In this document: piece by piece, positions 26,602 through 36,472 of the stretch
Position numbering within the stretch: position 1 is the stretch's first letter
Layout: every line of letters starts with the position of its first letter
From: a virus
Strand: one strand, 5' to 3'
Length of the DNA stretch: 64,000 nt
Virus record (IMG/VR): IMGVR_UViG_3300046323_000360
Location: 32,192-96,191 of that record
Made by a program: the position numbers and the translations under genes
Notes under the pieces: model-generated
Database searches by the model: none
What the model was told of the DNA's origin: nothing
What the model saw: only the letters and a program-made list of their open reading frames with translations

Positions 26602-29048
26602 TATCGTACTCGGAAGATTCCGCCACCGCGGTTTGGATTCTGAATTCCAATCTTGCGGTCTGACATAGACTTGGCTCTTATTTTTCCTCCGCTAAATCCG
26701 GCAGGTGGTTTGATGAGCAGAGCTGTGAGTGCGTGAACAAGTGCATCAACTCGGTCAGGAGATTTTCCTTCTCCTGGAACCCAGCTGATCATCTGAGACT
26801 CTAGATCAGCAATGTGTCCAACATGGTGAACGCGTCCCTGCTCGTAGGCAAGAGTGATAGGTTCTGCACGCAGTGCCTTACCTTGCTTTGAGTGGACTTC
26901 AAGAACCTTAATGGTCGGGTCAATAGTGTTGATTGCATTGCGAACCAGGGCTCCACCCTGGTTAACCTCGGCAACAACCGGGCAGCCCCACTTGCGTGCC
27001 ATCTTTACAACCTGCTCTGCCCAGACAGTCGGGGAGCCTAGAATCGACGCGTCTTCTAGCACCCAGGCGTTTCGCTTATATAAGTCGTGCTCTGCGGTAG
27101 ACGCAACTACAACAATTCCGCATTCGTCACGTGGGTTTTCAGCAACCGAAGGGTCAACGCCGATAACTCGTAGAGGTGTGGAGAATGGGTACATAGACTC
27201 TCGTCCAGCTTCAATCATCTCTTCAGTCCAGAGAGCGCCTTCCATGGCTTCAAGCATTTCTCCGTAGAGCTCCTGGCGAGCTAGAGAGGTTCCTTGGTAG
27301 ACACCAAGCATGGTATCCATATAGGCACCAGATAGGTTACCTGCGTTGTCCATCGTAGAACCGCGAGTAATAACAACTCGGTCTGTGCGGGACTCTTCAA
27401 TAAGTTTGTAGAGAAGCGGAGTACGCTTCGGGGTAGTAGTTACCAGAATCTTTGGGTGAGCTCCAAGACGAGTACCAACACGCAAGTTATCAAATGCGGT
27501 CATACCTGCGGCATCAGGGGTCTGACGCCAGGCTGCAATTTCGTCCCCCCATGCGTGGGTGTTAGATGTAGGAATCATACCTTCACCTGCTAAGTATAGG
27601 TGGCTCTCGGAGTCAACGGTGATACAGCGCATAAGAACTGGAGAGATAGGATCAATTGAAATAATCGAGTGCTCAGTCGCTTGATAAGTCCAAGTATATC
27701 TAGCCTTAGCAACCTTACGTGGATTCCTAGCAAGCGGAATAGTAGAATTTACCTGAACATACCAAGACTGCTTATCATCTTGGACTCCACGTCGGCTACG
27801 AGGTTTTCTCTTATAAATCTTAGGAACCAGACCGAGACTTCTAGCTATCTCAGCGTAGCCGTCGATAAGATTTTTATTAGTGTTATAGAACCTAAATGCC
27901 CCGCTAGGCTCGACTCCGCCATCTGAATCTGTCATACCTTGCAGCAATGCAAGTCTTTCTTCTGGTGTTGATTTTAGGTATAAGTCAGGGATGTGCTTAT
28001 TACCGTAGAGTCCCATCTTGCGCCACGCGCCGATAAGCCCTGGTGCCCAGACATGGTCTTTATTCTTATCCTCGCCAGAAATACCAGCGGCTGCTAATTC
28101 AGAGAATAACCACTCTTTATCTTCAGAACTAGTTGCAATATAGCTAGGGGCCTTGCTTGCACCGTCGCCTAGAATGATTCCAAGAACCCAAGGGTCAATT
28201 GGTAGAGGGACGTCATTTGGTGAATATTGAATAGCCCCTGTTGAAGGAATGTAAAGGCGTCTACCTAGATTTGCTAATAGTTGATTTGTATCTTTAACCT
28301 GGTGATTCTTAGACTCTCTACCGAAAGGCTGCGTGGCCCAAGTGTCGGGAATGTTTCCGCCAAAGTGAGTAGTCACATAACGAAGGTCAGTCTGTGTAAG
28401 GACCTTCCAGCGATGCTTGCCATCAGCATCAATGTGAGTCCCATTTGAAAAGTTAAGTCGGTAGCTATCAACTGCAAGGTCAATCTCATGCACCGCTGTT
28501 ACTGTGCAAGGATTTCCAAGTTCATCAAAAACTTTATCGCCAACCTTTAAATCGCCCATGGTAGTCCAACCCGAGGGGGTAGGGATAGGAGTTGCAATAT
28601 CTAAACGAAACTGCGGACCACGGAGCGAGTCTGGCTCGTCAGCAGTGAATAGGGTGGCAGTATTTCCATTAGGCCAGGTTAGACGTCTCTTAGAGGGCTC
28701 GTATAGAGGTTTCTCTGATGGAGGCGTGACATTCATAATGCCAGATTCACCTTCAACGATAACGTCACGGACGTCTGCAGCAGTACGGGCAACAAGTGCG
28801 AAACGGCGTTGGCCCGTATTGGTGTACTTAGCCTGCTCTCTAACCCATTCCGAGGCTAGACGAGTTTTACCAAAACCACGTCCCGCAAGGACGAGCCAGA
28901 TATTCCAGTCGCCTGCAGGAGCTTGCTGCTCTGGACGCCCCCAGATACTCCAGTCCCAGAGTAGATGTTCTGGATCCATTTCAGAAAGAGCAATAGCCCG
29001 CTCCTCCGGTGAGAGAAGAGCGAGTTGCTCCATAATACTTTTTCCCAT
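26601..29048 (-). CDS. terL: terminase large subunit containing an intein
   Basis: Walker A AGRGFGKT, LRGPQF|THAWGDE Walker B after intein removal, TTTP motif, RNase-H nuclease GVDPS...SPDRVDA. Confidence 0.95.
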   Translation of the reverse strand: MGKSIMEQLALLSPEERAIALSEMDPEHLLWDWSIWGRPEQQAPAGDWNIWLVLAGRGFGKTRLASEWVREQAKYTNTGQRRFALVARTAADVRDVIVEGESGIMNVTPPSEKPLYEPSKRRLTWPNGNTATLFTADEPDSLRGPQFRLDIATPIPTPSGWTTMGDLKVGDKVFDELGNPCTVTAVHEIDLAVDSYRLNFSNGTHIDADGKHRWKVLTQTDLRYVTTHFGGNIPDTWATQPFGRESKNHQVKDTNQLLANLGRRLYIPSTGAIQYSPNDVPLPIDPWVLGIILGDGASKAPSYIATSSEDKEWLFSELAAAGISGEDKNKDHVWAPGLIGAWRKMGLYGNKHIPDLYLKSTPEERLALLQGMTDSDGGVEPSGAFRFYNTNKNLIDGYAEIARSLGLVPKIYKRKPRSRRGVQDDKQSWYVQVNSTIPLARNPRKVAKARYTWTYQATEHSIISIDPISPVLMRCITVDSESHLYLAGEGMIPTSNTHAWGDEIAAWRQTPDAAGMTAFDNLRVGTRLGAHPKILVTTTPKRTPLLYKLIEESRTDRVVITRGSTMDNAGNLSGAYMDTMLGVYQGTSLARQELYGEMLEAMEGALWTEEMIEAGRESMYPFSTPLRVIGVDPSVAENPRDECGIVVVASTAEHDLYKRNAWVLEDASILGSPTVWAEQVVKMARKWGCPVVAEVNQGGALVRNAINTIDPTIKVLEVHSKQGKALRAEPITLAYEQGRVHHVGHIADLESQMISWVPGEGKSPDRVDALVHALTALLIKPPAGFSGGKIRAKSMSDRKIGIQNPNRGGGIFRVR
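27561..28607 (-). mobile_element. class 3 intein with LAGLIDADG homing endonuclease (349 aa)
   Basis: RLDIATPIPTPSGWTTMGDLKVGD N-terminus, block B HRW, block F MRCITVD, block G IPTSN|T; endonuclease motifs LGIILGDG and LQGMTDSDG. Confidence 0.9.
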
Positions 29049-29236
29049 ATAACTATTCTACCTCTTGCTCTTGGAGAGCTCATAAATTTTGGTTCCCGCG
29101 TAGAGGTCTATGGTAGTGGTGCCGTTTGCTTTATTATTCAGCACCACTCCATATCGACTCATACCTTGAAAACTGGATATACGTCCGTAGGGGAACTTAA
29201 CTAGCGTGATCCCTACGCAACGTAATAAACGCCGCA

Positions 29237-29821
29237 TTATTTAGTGGCGCGGTTCTCTGGGTTGATAGGTGTGTAAACCTTCGAGGTTGCAGTTAGAGGT
29301 TGCTTGTAGCCGTAGCGTACAAGACGGAAGCGTAGTGCTCCGTGGGTAACGCCAAGGCGCTTTGCTAAACGGTAAAGCGTGACGCCTTCAACAACGTGAG
29401 CGTGATTTAGCAGTGCTGTATATTCTTCCGCCTCTTCGCGGTACTTGGCTCCGTTTGAACGCACCTGCTGAGCATAAGGCTGAAGTTCCAGTAGACGTGC
29501 AAGGGTTTCTGGAGTTGGCTCGATATAAGAAGGAGCAGCCTTTACTGGCTTTAGAGGTGGGCTTGGAAGTTCAACCTTGATTTCGATTGGAAACGGAGCT
29601 TCCTTAAGTGAAATTTGACGGACGCGCTCGCGGGTTAGATCTGTAGCCGAGGCAATGGACTCTAGCGTCCAGCCATTGGTACGGAGCTGACGAATGAGCT
29701 GGTCTCGAATCTCTGAATCAACAATGTGATCGAACTCGTCTTTGATGTATTCGGGAAGCTGCTGGTTCTTTTTGATGTAATCGGTTGGCATTTCTGTTCT
29801 CCTGTTTTCTGTATGCGTCAC
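29237..29821 (-). CDS. HTH DNA-binding protein (sigma-70 region-4-like plus second HTH)
   Basis: WTLESIASATDLTRERVRQI and TLYRLAKRLGVTHGALRFRL. Confidence 0.75.
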   Translation of the reverse strand: MTHTENRRTEMPTDYIKKNQQLPEYIKDEFDHIVDSEIRDQLIRQLRTNGWTLESIASATDLTRERVRQISLKEAPFPIEIKVELPSPPLKPVKAAPSYIEPTPETLARLLELQPYAQQVRSNGAKYREEAEEYTALLNHAHVVEGVTLYRLAKRLGVTHGALRFRLVRYGYKQPLTATSKVYTPINPENRATK

Positions 29822-29854
29822 TTTGTTACGGTACTACGTTGTGTTGTAAGTTTA

Positions 29855-30118
29855 CTACTTTACTCGGCCTTCTGCAACCTGCAGAGGAACATCTTCAATC
29901 TTAACATGAAAGAAGGAGATGTCAATAATGAATGTAACCGTGATGTTGGTTACGTTAATAATCGAGTTGATCATCGTAATCATTTTTTCGATATCAGCTT
30001 CATCTGCATCGCCTGGAGCATCAATCTGAACTTTACAATCTGTCATTTCAAAGACGCCTGATTGTGGAAGTGCATCTCGTAATTCGTCTGGACTACTTAC
30101 CTGCAGTTTTACGCTCAT
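29855..30118 (-). CDS. hypothetical protein
   Basis: 87-aa ORF overlapping upstream gene. Confidence 0.55.
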   Translation of the reverse strand: MSVKLQVSSPDELRDALPQSGVFEMTDCKVQIDAPGDADEADIEKMITMINSIINVTNITVTFIIDISFFHVKIEDVPLQVAEGRVK

Positions 30119-30275
30119 TTAGGTGGTTCTCCTCTTCTGGCTCGAAATAGTAATCGAGTCGGTCTGGTGCATTTAGCACAATAGTAATGAAAGTGTAAGC
30201 GATTAGCAAAAACGCCCCTATTGATAGCAACAGAAGAAACGCCGCTATGGCTAGAAAGATTACTAGAGGTGTCAT
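30093..30275 (-). CDS. small membrane protein
   Basis: One long hydrophobic helix. Confidence 0.55.
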   Translation of the reverse strand: MTPLVIFLAIAAFLLLLSIGAFLLIAYTFITIVLNAPDRLDYYFEPEEENHLNERKTAGK

Positions 30276-30524
30276 CTATCCGAGCTTTGAGTTGATGGAG
30301 AGGACTGCAAGGGTAATTGAGGCGGTAGAGAGGGAGAGAATGGTTGGGAGCCCTTCTAGACCCGTAAAGATAGAGAGAATGGTCGCTGCAAGGGCAGTAA
30401 GGACTGCAAATACCGGCGTCCACGCAATTTGACTGAGAAACAGTAGGAAGTTGGTCATTATTGTGTCTTTCTGGGTGGGTGGTTGTACAACTCCGAGTAG
30501 GGGAGCTGGGGATTTCTTTGTCAT
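30276..30524 (-). CDS. small two-helix membrane protein
   Basis: Hydrophobic segments; TACTAT-N6-ATG leaderless-type start. Confidence 0.55.
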   Translation of the reverse strand: MTKKSPAPLLGVVQPPTQKDTIMTNFLLFLSQIAWTPVFAVLTALAATILSIFTGLEGLPTILSLSTASITLAVLSINSKLG

Positions 30525-30595
30525 GTTGCTATAGTAGCACAGAAAAAATTAAATGGAGCAGTTTTTAGTCATGCTCCAGGACTTGTTTTTGTAAC

Positions 30596-31237
30596 TTATT
30601 GGGTAAGAACCCGAGTGTATGTTACTTTACTGTATTTTCCGCCAAACTTACTGATGGAAACAATCGAGGTTTGGAATCCTCGTCGATTTCCAGCATGAAT
30701 CATTTTGTCGGGGCCAAGGTAAATCCCAACATGATATGCCGAGTTAGTACCTTTGTAGGTAAAAGCAACAATGTCTCCTAGTTTTGGGTTCTTAACTAGA
30801 ATTCCTGAATGCTTTTGAATAGACGCCCTGTGCTCAAGGGTGACGCCCATTTGCTCGTAGGCCCAGCGAACTAGACCTGAGCAGTCCCAGCCTGAGGGGC
30901 TGGCACCAGAAAATACGTACCAAGTGTGGTTCACATATTTCTTGAGCGTGTGAACCGTGGTGTGGATTTTCTTTGTATTGCTTAATTTCAGTTTAACAAG
31001 GGCATCGTGCTTCGCAATAGTTGCCGGACTGGCAACTCCTGGACGCATTAGCTTACTTGTTACGTCTGTATGTGTCTCACTCTGGATAGTAAGGGCGTCT
31101 ACTACTTTTAGTTGAGCCTTAGCTGGTCCAGCATATACAAACTGTGCAGATCCTGCTGCGTTAGCCTCAGAGGATGTGATGCATCCAGTGATTCCTAGCA
31201 ACGTTACTGCAGTGACTATTCCAATTAGCCATTTCAT
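30596..31237 (-). CDS. secreted NlpC/P60 cell-wall peptidase
   Basis: Signal peptide; GWDCSGLV (Cys), YHVGIY (His), MIHAG. Confidence 0.9.
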   Translation of the reverse strand: MKWLIGIVTAVTLLGITGCITSSEANAAGSAQFVYAGPAKAQLKVVDALTIQSETHTDVTSKLMRPGVASPATIAKHDALVKLKLSNTKKIHTTVHTLKKYVNHTWYVFSGASPSGWDCSGLVRWAYEQMGVTLEHRASIQKHSGILVKNPKLGDIVAFTYKGTNSAYHVGIYLGPDKMIHAGNRRGFQTSIVSISKFGGKYSKVTYTRVLTQ

Positions 31238-31944
31238 TTAGCGACCTACCTTTCTATGGGTTAGTTCAGTCGTTTATTGTCTTGGGGTTTTAGACATTAT
31301 CCTTTTCAGTTGTATTGTTTCTTTGGTGCCGAGTGTACAAAAGAGCACTCCCTACTTTTATTGTAAGAAGCGCTCTCCGTACATCAATATTATCACTGCA
31401 TGAAGCGGGGGATGTCAAATCGGGAAATAGGGGCGTCTATTTGAACGTATTTTTTGAAAATTTGTGGAGCGGGATTTTAAAAAGAGGGGGTCAAAAGGTA
31501 CAGAAGTTTTTGACGAATTGGACGAATACCGTATACTAGACGATGAACTGCTTTTGGGATGCGAGAGGGCAGTTGTTGTTTTTCGGGCAATTCAAAATCG
31601 TTTCCGGGCGGGTCGGGATTGACCAGTAAAGCCCCCCTTTACAGGCATAGTGCCCTCATTATTTTTCTGATGAGTCAGGTGATAACACTTGTTCAAAAGT
31701 ATTTTGAAAATCTATAAGAAAATCTCTGAAGCCTATTTAATTGTGCCTAGAACCCGTCAAACCCCGCCTAGCGAGTTATTGCCTATAGAGCTATAGAAAG
31801 CGTCAAAATAAAGGGTCTAATACTTCATACACAAACTAAATGATGAGCGATAGATCGTCAGCTAGTCGGTAGGCGTAGTAAGTATGTAGAGCAACACTAT
31901 GCAGACACTAGCTAAGCTATAGTCACTTAGGGGTAGCCACCTAT

Positions 31945-32178
31945 CTAGCTCTGGCGATTGTTAGAAGGATAGTCACTATCAAGCTCTGAATCAATCTCAT
32001 CGAGAATAGCCAAGACCCTAGCAAAGATTAATGAAGCTAGTCCAAGTAAGCCTAGGACTACAGTCGGCAATAAATCAGGCACGGCATAGCCTAGTAAGTT
32101 AGCCACGGCACAACCACAGAGGGCTATGCCTAGTCCACGGCATACTATCCGCAAGCCTTCGGCGTCAGACTTACTCAT
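31945..32178 (-). CDS. small membrane protein
   Basis: Two hydrophobic helices. Confidence 0.55.
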   Translation of the reverse strand: MSKSDAEGLRIVCRGLGIALCGCAVANLLGYAVPDLLPTVVLGLLGLASLIFARVLAILDEIDSELDSDYPSNNRQS

Positions 32179-32338
32179 TGCGGTAGACCTTATTGACGGT
32201 CAAGACACTAGTGTCGGGGTTATAGGTTGCGTCAATCAAGTAGTCGGTATTGTTCTCCAACTTATGTAGTCGGTTCTTGACTGACTTGCGCCCAGCAATG
32301 AACGCGCAGACCATAGCAACGGCAATGAAAAGTTCCAT
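32171..32338 (-). CDS. small membrane-anchored protein (paralog of 36473..36640)
   Basis: TATGGT-N6-ATG leaderless start at 32338; GRKSVKN..ENNT..VLTV resembles GRLSVGN..ENAT..VLTI. Confidence 0.6.
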   Translation of the reverse strand: MELFIAVAMVCAFIAGRKSVKNRLHKLENNTDYLIDATYNPDTSVLTVNKVYRNE

Positions 32339-32422
32339 ACCTACACCATACACCAACTGGCTCTAAGTATTTATTTTTTCTGAGCAGGTCGGCAGGGCAA
32401 GTCGGCGAGCGCCAGACTCAAT

Positions 32423-32650
32423 GCTAGGCAGGGTTACGGCAGGGGCTAGGGTTTAGGGCTTCTAGGGGCTAGTCGGCAAAGGGCTAGGGGCTAGGCAGGG
32501 CTAGGCAGAGTCTTCTAGGGGCTAGGCAGGGCTAGGCGAGTAAATACCTAGTCTGAGCCGTGTAGGGCTTCTAGGGGCTTCTAGGGGCTTCTACGGCAAT
32601 AACCCTAGTGAATGGCTATTGGCAGGGCTAGGCAGGGCTAGGCAGGGTAA
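32423..32650 (+). repeat. degenerate G-rich tandem repeats (GGCAGGGCTA / CTTCTAGGGG units)
   Basis: Many consecutive ~10-bp units in a gene-free stretch. Confidence 0.8.
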
Positions 32651-32702
32651 AAGAAAACCGCCTAACCCCAAAGGGCTAGGCGGTCTCGAGAGCCGTGTAG
32701 GG

Positions 32703-32969
32703 CTAGCAGTCCAAGTCTTGAAGACTTGCCAACTTCATACCAATAAGGTCTAGGAAGTCCGCATACTTCGCAGTGTGTGGGGCTTGACGAACAGCGTCAG
32801 CACGGTCACGCAGAGCGTAGCGGATAGCCGAAACTTCATCATCGCTGAAGTGGTTCAGCAAGTCTGAAGTCGCATCGGCAACAACCATAACGGTTCCGAA
32901 GTCATTAGTAACAACTGGAATAGGCACGATAAATCCCCTTTCAGGATTATGAAGTCCGATTGACTTCAT
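32703..32969 (-). CDS. hypothetical cassette protein (leaderless)
   Basis: TTGCGA-N17-TATGAT-N6-ATG at 32969. Confidence 0.7.
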   Translation of the reverse strand: MKSIGLHNPERGFIVPIPVVTNDFGTVMVVADATSDLLNHFSDDEVSAIRYALRDRADAVRQAPHTAKYADFLDLIGMKLASLQDLDC

Positions 32970-32975
32970 ACCTAA

Positions 32976-33004
32976 ATCATACAGCAACTAATCAGCAATC
33001 GCAA
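32976..33004 (-). promoter_or_regulatory. sigma-A-type promoter, example of the cassette promoter class
   Basis: TTGCGA-17 nt-TATGAT with extended TG; the same layout (TTGCG(A/C), often TGTCG in the spacer, TAnnnT) recurs ~18-30 nt downstream of the 17-bp motif. Confidence 0.75.
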
Positions 33005-33115
33005 ATCGAGCGAATAGGGTCAGGGCCATTTGCCAGAAAAAATAAATACATCAACCGGCGAGCGCCGGCAAGCGCACAAACTTGAGCCGTGTGCCAGTCC
33101 ACGCCAGCGGAAACG

Positions 33116-33146
33116 CAAAAAGCCCCCTGCCTTTCGGCAAGGGGCT
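33116..33146 (-). terminator. intrinsic terminator, example of the cassette terminators
   Basis: AGCCCC-TGCC-TTTC-GGCA-AGGGGCT hairpin with an A-run on +, i.e. U-tract on -; similar hairpins follow nearly every cassette gene. Confidence 0.75.
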
Positions 33147-33160
33147 TCGGGGGTTTGTGT

Positions 33161-33511
33161 CTAGCGGAACAAGTTCACAATCACCGAAAAGCGAGTGCGC
33201 TTCTTGCTCTGGTCAATCAGCGGAACAATCGCCGACACAAGGTCAGGGTAGGTTGCGGTTAGGGCTTCAACGAAATCGGCTTCGTTGAATGTGGCACGCT
33301 CACGCCAGTCACGGCGAGCAACTTCAACATTGTGGTGAACCAGCAAATCGCTGTCACCAAAAGCCGTGTTGATGGCCTTGTCCAACTGCTTCTTTTCGGC
33401 TTCAAGGTCAGCAATCTGCTTCTTGACTTCGGCGAAACGCTTGACGGTTTCGACAATCTCACGGCTTGCCTTGCTTGCTACTGCGGTTGTTACTGCGGTC
33501 ATTGTGACCAC
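33161..33511 (-). CDS. coiled-coil hypothetical protein, paralog family A
   Basis: LLVHHNVEVARRDWRERATFN shared with 38410 and 45800 ORFs. Confidence 0.75.
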   Translation of the reverse strand: MVTMTAVTTAVASKASREIVETVKRFAEVKKQIADLEAEKKQLDKAINTAFGDSDLLVHHNVEVARRDWRERATFNEADFVEALTATYPDLVSAIVPLIDQSKKRTRFSVIVNLFR

Positions 33512-33722
33512 CCCTTTCGGGCTACTTATGTTTCACCCTTGCTTGATACTTCAAGCATACAGGGTTTCAACCAGAAGCGCAAATCGAAATGCCACGCAGG
33601 GGAAACTTCCAGAAAAAATAAATACATCAGCCCTGCCCGCCAACTCGCCTGCGAGAAGTGAGCCGTGTAGGGTAAAAGAAAACCCCCTAGCCTTTCGGCT
33701 AAGGGGTTACTGGGGGCTACAC

Positions 33723-33911
33723 CTATTCGGCGTAGTTGAAGCGCTTGTCCAGCAACTCTGGAGCAAACGCCTCAAGAATGTTGGCAATCTCGCTAATGCG
33801 AGTTAGGCGAGCGTCAGGGCGCTCGTCATCGCTAGAGCCGTTGAAGCCTTCGGCTTCGACAGCGTCCATTAGCGTCGAACACTCGACGGCTAGAGCCTTT
33901 AGGTTAGACAT
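33723..33911 (-). CDS. hypothetical cassette protein
   Basis: GAAAGGGG RBS, own promoter and terminator. Confidence 0.7.
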   Translation of the reverse strand: MSNLKALAVECSTLMDAVEAEGFNGSSDDERPDARLTRISEIANILEAFAPELLDKRFNYAE

Positions 33912-34126
33912 TTGAAACCCCTTTCGCCAGAACCTTTCTGGCTTGATAAATCAAGCATAGCACTATCGGCAAACTCTCGCAACACGCACGCACCGACGCG
34001 GATCGTTTTTCAGAAAAAATAAATACATCATCTTCCCCGAACTTTGAAGTTGTTCAGAAGTGAGCCGTGTTACGCAGAGCAAAGAAAAACCCCCAGCCTA
34101 ACGGCTAGGGGTCAAACTTTCTTGGG

Positions 34127-34306
34127 CTAGAACTCTACGCCCTCAGCGCCATAACGAACACGATAGGCGTGGATAGTCTCAGCGTTACGGCGAGCCTGAG
34201 CCTTGAACTCTTTAGCCTCTTGGAACTTATAGACGGCAATCAAGATACCAAAGGCTAGAACATTAGCCCCCACGATAAAGGCGATAACGGATACAAAAGT
34301 TAGCAT
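34127..34306 (-). CDS. small membrane protein (59 aa, below ORF-track cutoff)
   Basis: MLTFVSVIAFIVGANVLAFGILIAVYKF...; start overlaps previous stop. Confidence 0.6.
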   Translation of the reverse strand: MLTFVSVIAFIVGANVLAFGILIAVYKFQEAKEFKAQARRNAETIHAYRVRYGAEGVEF

Positions 34307-34503
34307 TACTTTTCACCCCCATTGCCATAGGCAAATAAGCCAACTAGAAAACCAACAAAACCTAATGACGCAAAGAACGCAGGAACAAATAGCAACTCGA
34401 AAGTCTGCACTGAGCCGTGTTTGATTGCGTCACCTAGCCAGATAAGTATTGCCCCAAAAAACATTACGGCTACGAAGTTCGCAACCTTTACCTTGAAGTT
34501 CAT
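34306..34503 (-). CDS. small two-helix membrane protein
   Basis: Likely start MNFKVKV after GAAAGGGAG RBS. Confidence 0.65.
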   Translation of the reverse strand: MNFKVKVANFVAVMFFGAILIWLGDAIKHGSVQTFELLFVPAFFASLGFVGFLVGLFAYGNGGEK

Positions 34504-34697
34504 TACTCCCTTTCCCTCAAGCAACTCTTGCTTGATACATCTAGCATACACCTTGCCTACGACAAAAGCAAACTCTGAAGTAAGCCGTGTATAGGGTTTT
34601 ACATAAAAAATAAATACACTCGGGCGACCTGCGATTTCGCCAAACTCGGCAAACAAAAAACCCGCCACTAGGGCGGGTTAGTTGTTGAGTTGTTGGG

Positions 34698-34904
34698 TTA
34701 GAAAAGTTTGCCTTTTCCAGTGAAGAAAGTGAATACGACTGCGCCAGCGATACCGAAAGTGAATCCATTATTCCACGCTTCGGCAATACCGAAACTAGCA
34801 CCAGCACCAAGTCCGATTAGCAATGCACAAAGAACTACATAAGCAAGAGCAATGGCAGGAACTAGAACAATACTTGCTACTGCTCGGCGGATTACATACT
34901 TCAT
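34698..34904 (-). CDS. small membrane protein
   Basis: Likely start MKYVIRR after AAAAGAGGG RBS. Confidence 0.65.
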   Translation of the reverse strand: MKYVIRRAVASIVLVPAIALAYVVLCALLIGLGAGASFGIAEAWNNGFTFGIAGAVVFTFFTGKGKLF

Positions 34905-35121
34905 TTTTTCCCTCTTTTCAGTTGGAACTTTTCCAACTAACTCAATGCTACACCAACTGAAAAACTTTCGCAACTTCAAGTGAGCCGTGTAGTAGTAGTT
35001 GGCGGAAAAAATAAATACACGAACAACAAAAGAAAAAACTGAAGTCACTCGCGGCGACTCCAGCCCAGACAAAAGAAAAGAGGGCTAATCAGTTTCCTGA
35101 CTAACCCTCTCGCCTCACGAA

Positions 35122-35352
35122 CTAGTGGCTCTTGCTGAACCCTAGGCAATCCTCGTTACCGCACTCGCACTGCTCGACTCCGTGTAACTGCTCTGAGCAA
35201 CCCTCGGCAGAACATACCTGCCCGAAGTCCAACTCTACGCACCCATACCAGCCTGCGTAACTTGCGTGGCTCTTTGCGTGAAAGTCTGAACAAAAGTATT
35301 CAGCCTCGACTACATCGCCCTTAGTGTCCTCGATAAGAACTGCGTTAGCCAT
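35122..35352 (-). CDS. Cys-rich hypothetical protein
   Basis: GAGGGGAG RBS; several CxxxxC/CxC motifs. Confidence 0.6.
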   Translation of the reverse strand: MANAVLIEDTKGDVVEAEYFCSDFHAKSHASYAGWYGCVELDFGQVCSAEGCSEQLHGVEQCECGNEDCLGFSKSH

Positions 35353-35566
35353 AATGACCAACTCCCCTCTATTTAGTTTCCAACTCAAGCCCCTCGGCTT
35401 GATACATCTAGCCTAACACGACCCTCTGACTTTTCGCTTGACTCTCGCCGTGTCCTAGTCCAACTTGCAGAAAAAATAAATACAGCCGCCGGCGACAACT
35501 TTGAAATAAAAATAAGAAAAAGAAAACCCCCGCCTTTCGACGGGGGTTCGCTGGTTTATTTGTTTG

Positions 35567-35836
35567 TTAGCGGTTTAGGTTTGAGAGGTTGAAGTGTTCA
35601 ACCATAGAGAGTTCATACTCTGCCCATTCTTTGGCTTCGGCTTCGGCTTGCTCGATAGTTGTCACGCCATACACCGTGCGAATGTCCACTACATCAAAGA
35701 AGATACCTGCGTAGTGCGCTGGCTTGAACCACTGAAAAGTTGCTGACCCGTTCCAAGTAATGAAAAACTCGTTCTCGCTGTCTGCGTAAATAATCGCCCC
35801 GTTGTCCTTGACGATGTCATAAATCTTATTGCTCAC
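35567..35836 (-). CDS. hypothetical cassette protein
   Basis: GAAAGGGG RBS, promoter and terminator. Confidence 0.7.
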   Translation of the reverse strand: MSNKIYDIVKDNGAIIYADSENEFFITWNGSATFQWFKPAHYAGIFFDVVDIRTVYGVTTIEQAEAEAKEWAEYELSMVEHFNLSNLNR

Positions 35837-36021
35837 TTGTTGCCCCTTTCAACCAGACTTTCTGGCTATGTCTATAGCCTACCCTACTCCCACGACATTT
35901 GCCACCCCACCCCGGCGCGGTTACCAGAAAAAATAAATACACTAACCACCATCAAGAAAAACCAAACAAGCAAAAAGAAACCCCGTGTTTCCACGGGGTA
36001 TCTCCGAATACTTTTTAGTTG

Positions 36022-36279
36022 TTAGAAAACCAACTCTGGCAACTCAAACACTTCACGCAACTTTGCTTCCAACTTGTTTAGGTTGCTCTCGGCTTTCTCG
36101 AATGAACCCCAAACATAGTTTGTAGTTAGACGCTGGATTTCTGCGTTGCGAGCGCACTCTGCCCAAACCATAGCGATAGTCATTTCACTCTGGTAATAGG
36201 CTTTCAAGTCGCCACCAACCAACTTGCGAACGATAGCAAACGCCGTGTCTTGGTTTTGCTTGATAGTCAAATCAGTCAT
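36022..36279 (-). CDS. hypothetical cassette protein
   Basis: GAAAGGG RBS, promoter and terminator. Confidence 0.7.
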   Translation of the reverse strand: MTDLTIKQNQDTAFAIVRKLVGGDLKAYYQSEMTIAMVWAECARNAEIQRLTTNYVWGSFEKAESNLNKLEAKLREVFELPELVF

Positions 36280-36472
36280 TTGTCTTTCCCTTTCTCAAGC
36301 CCCTTGCTTGATAGTTCAAGCATACACCACCCCTTCGACAAAACAAGTATTCTTATTGCGTTGTTGCGTCACCTGGCAGAAAAAATAAATACAGATAGAC
36401 ACAACAAAAAAGCAAAGATAAACGGGCAAAGAAAAAACCCCGTGTTATCCACGGGGCTTCAACTTCAAACTA

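Noticed and set aside
30540-31670. Degenerate motif-like sequences at about 30540 and 31658
   Set aside because: Several mismatches in AT-rich DNA and outside the palindrome-poor domain; not counted as true copies
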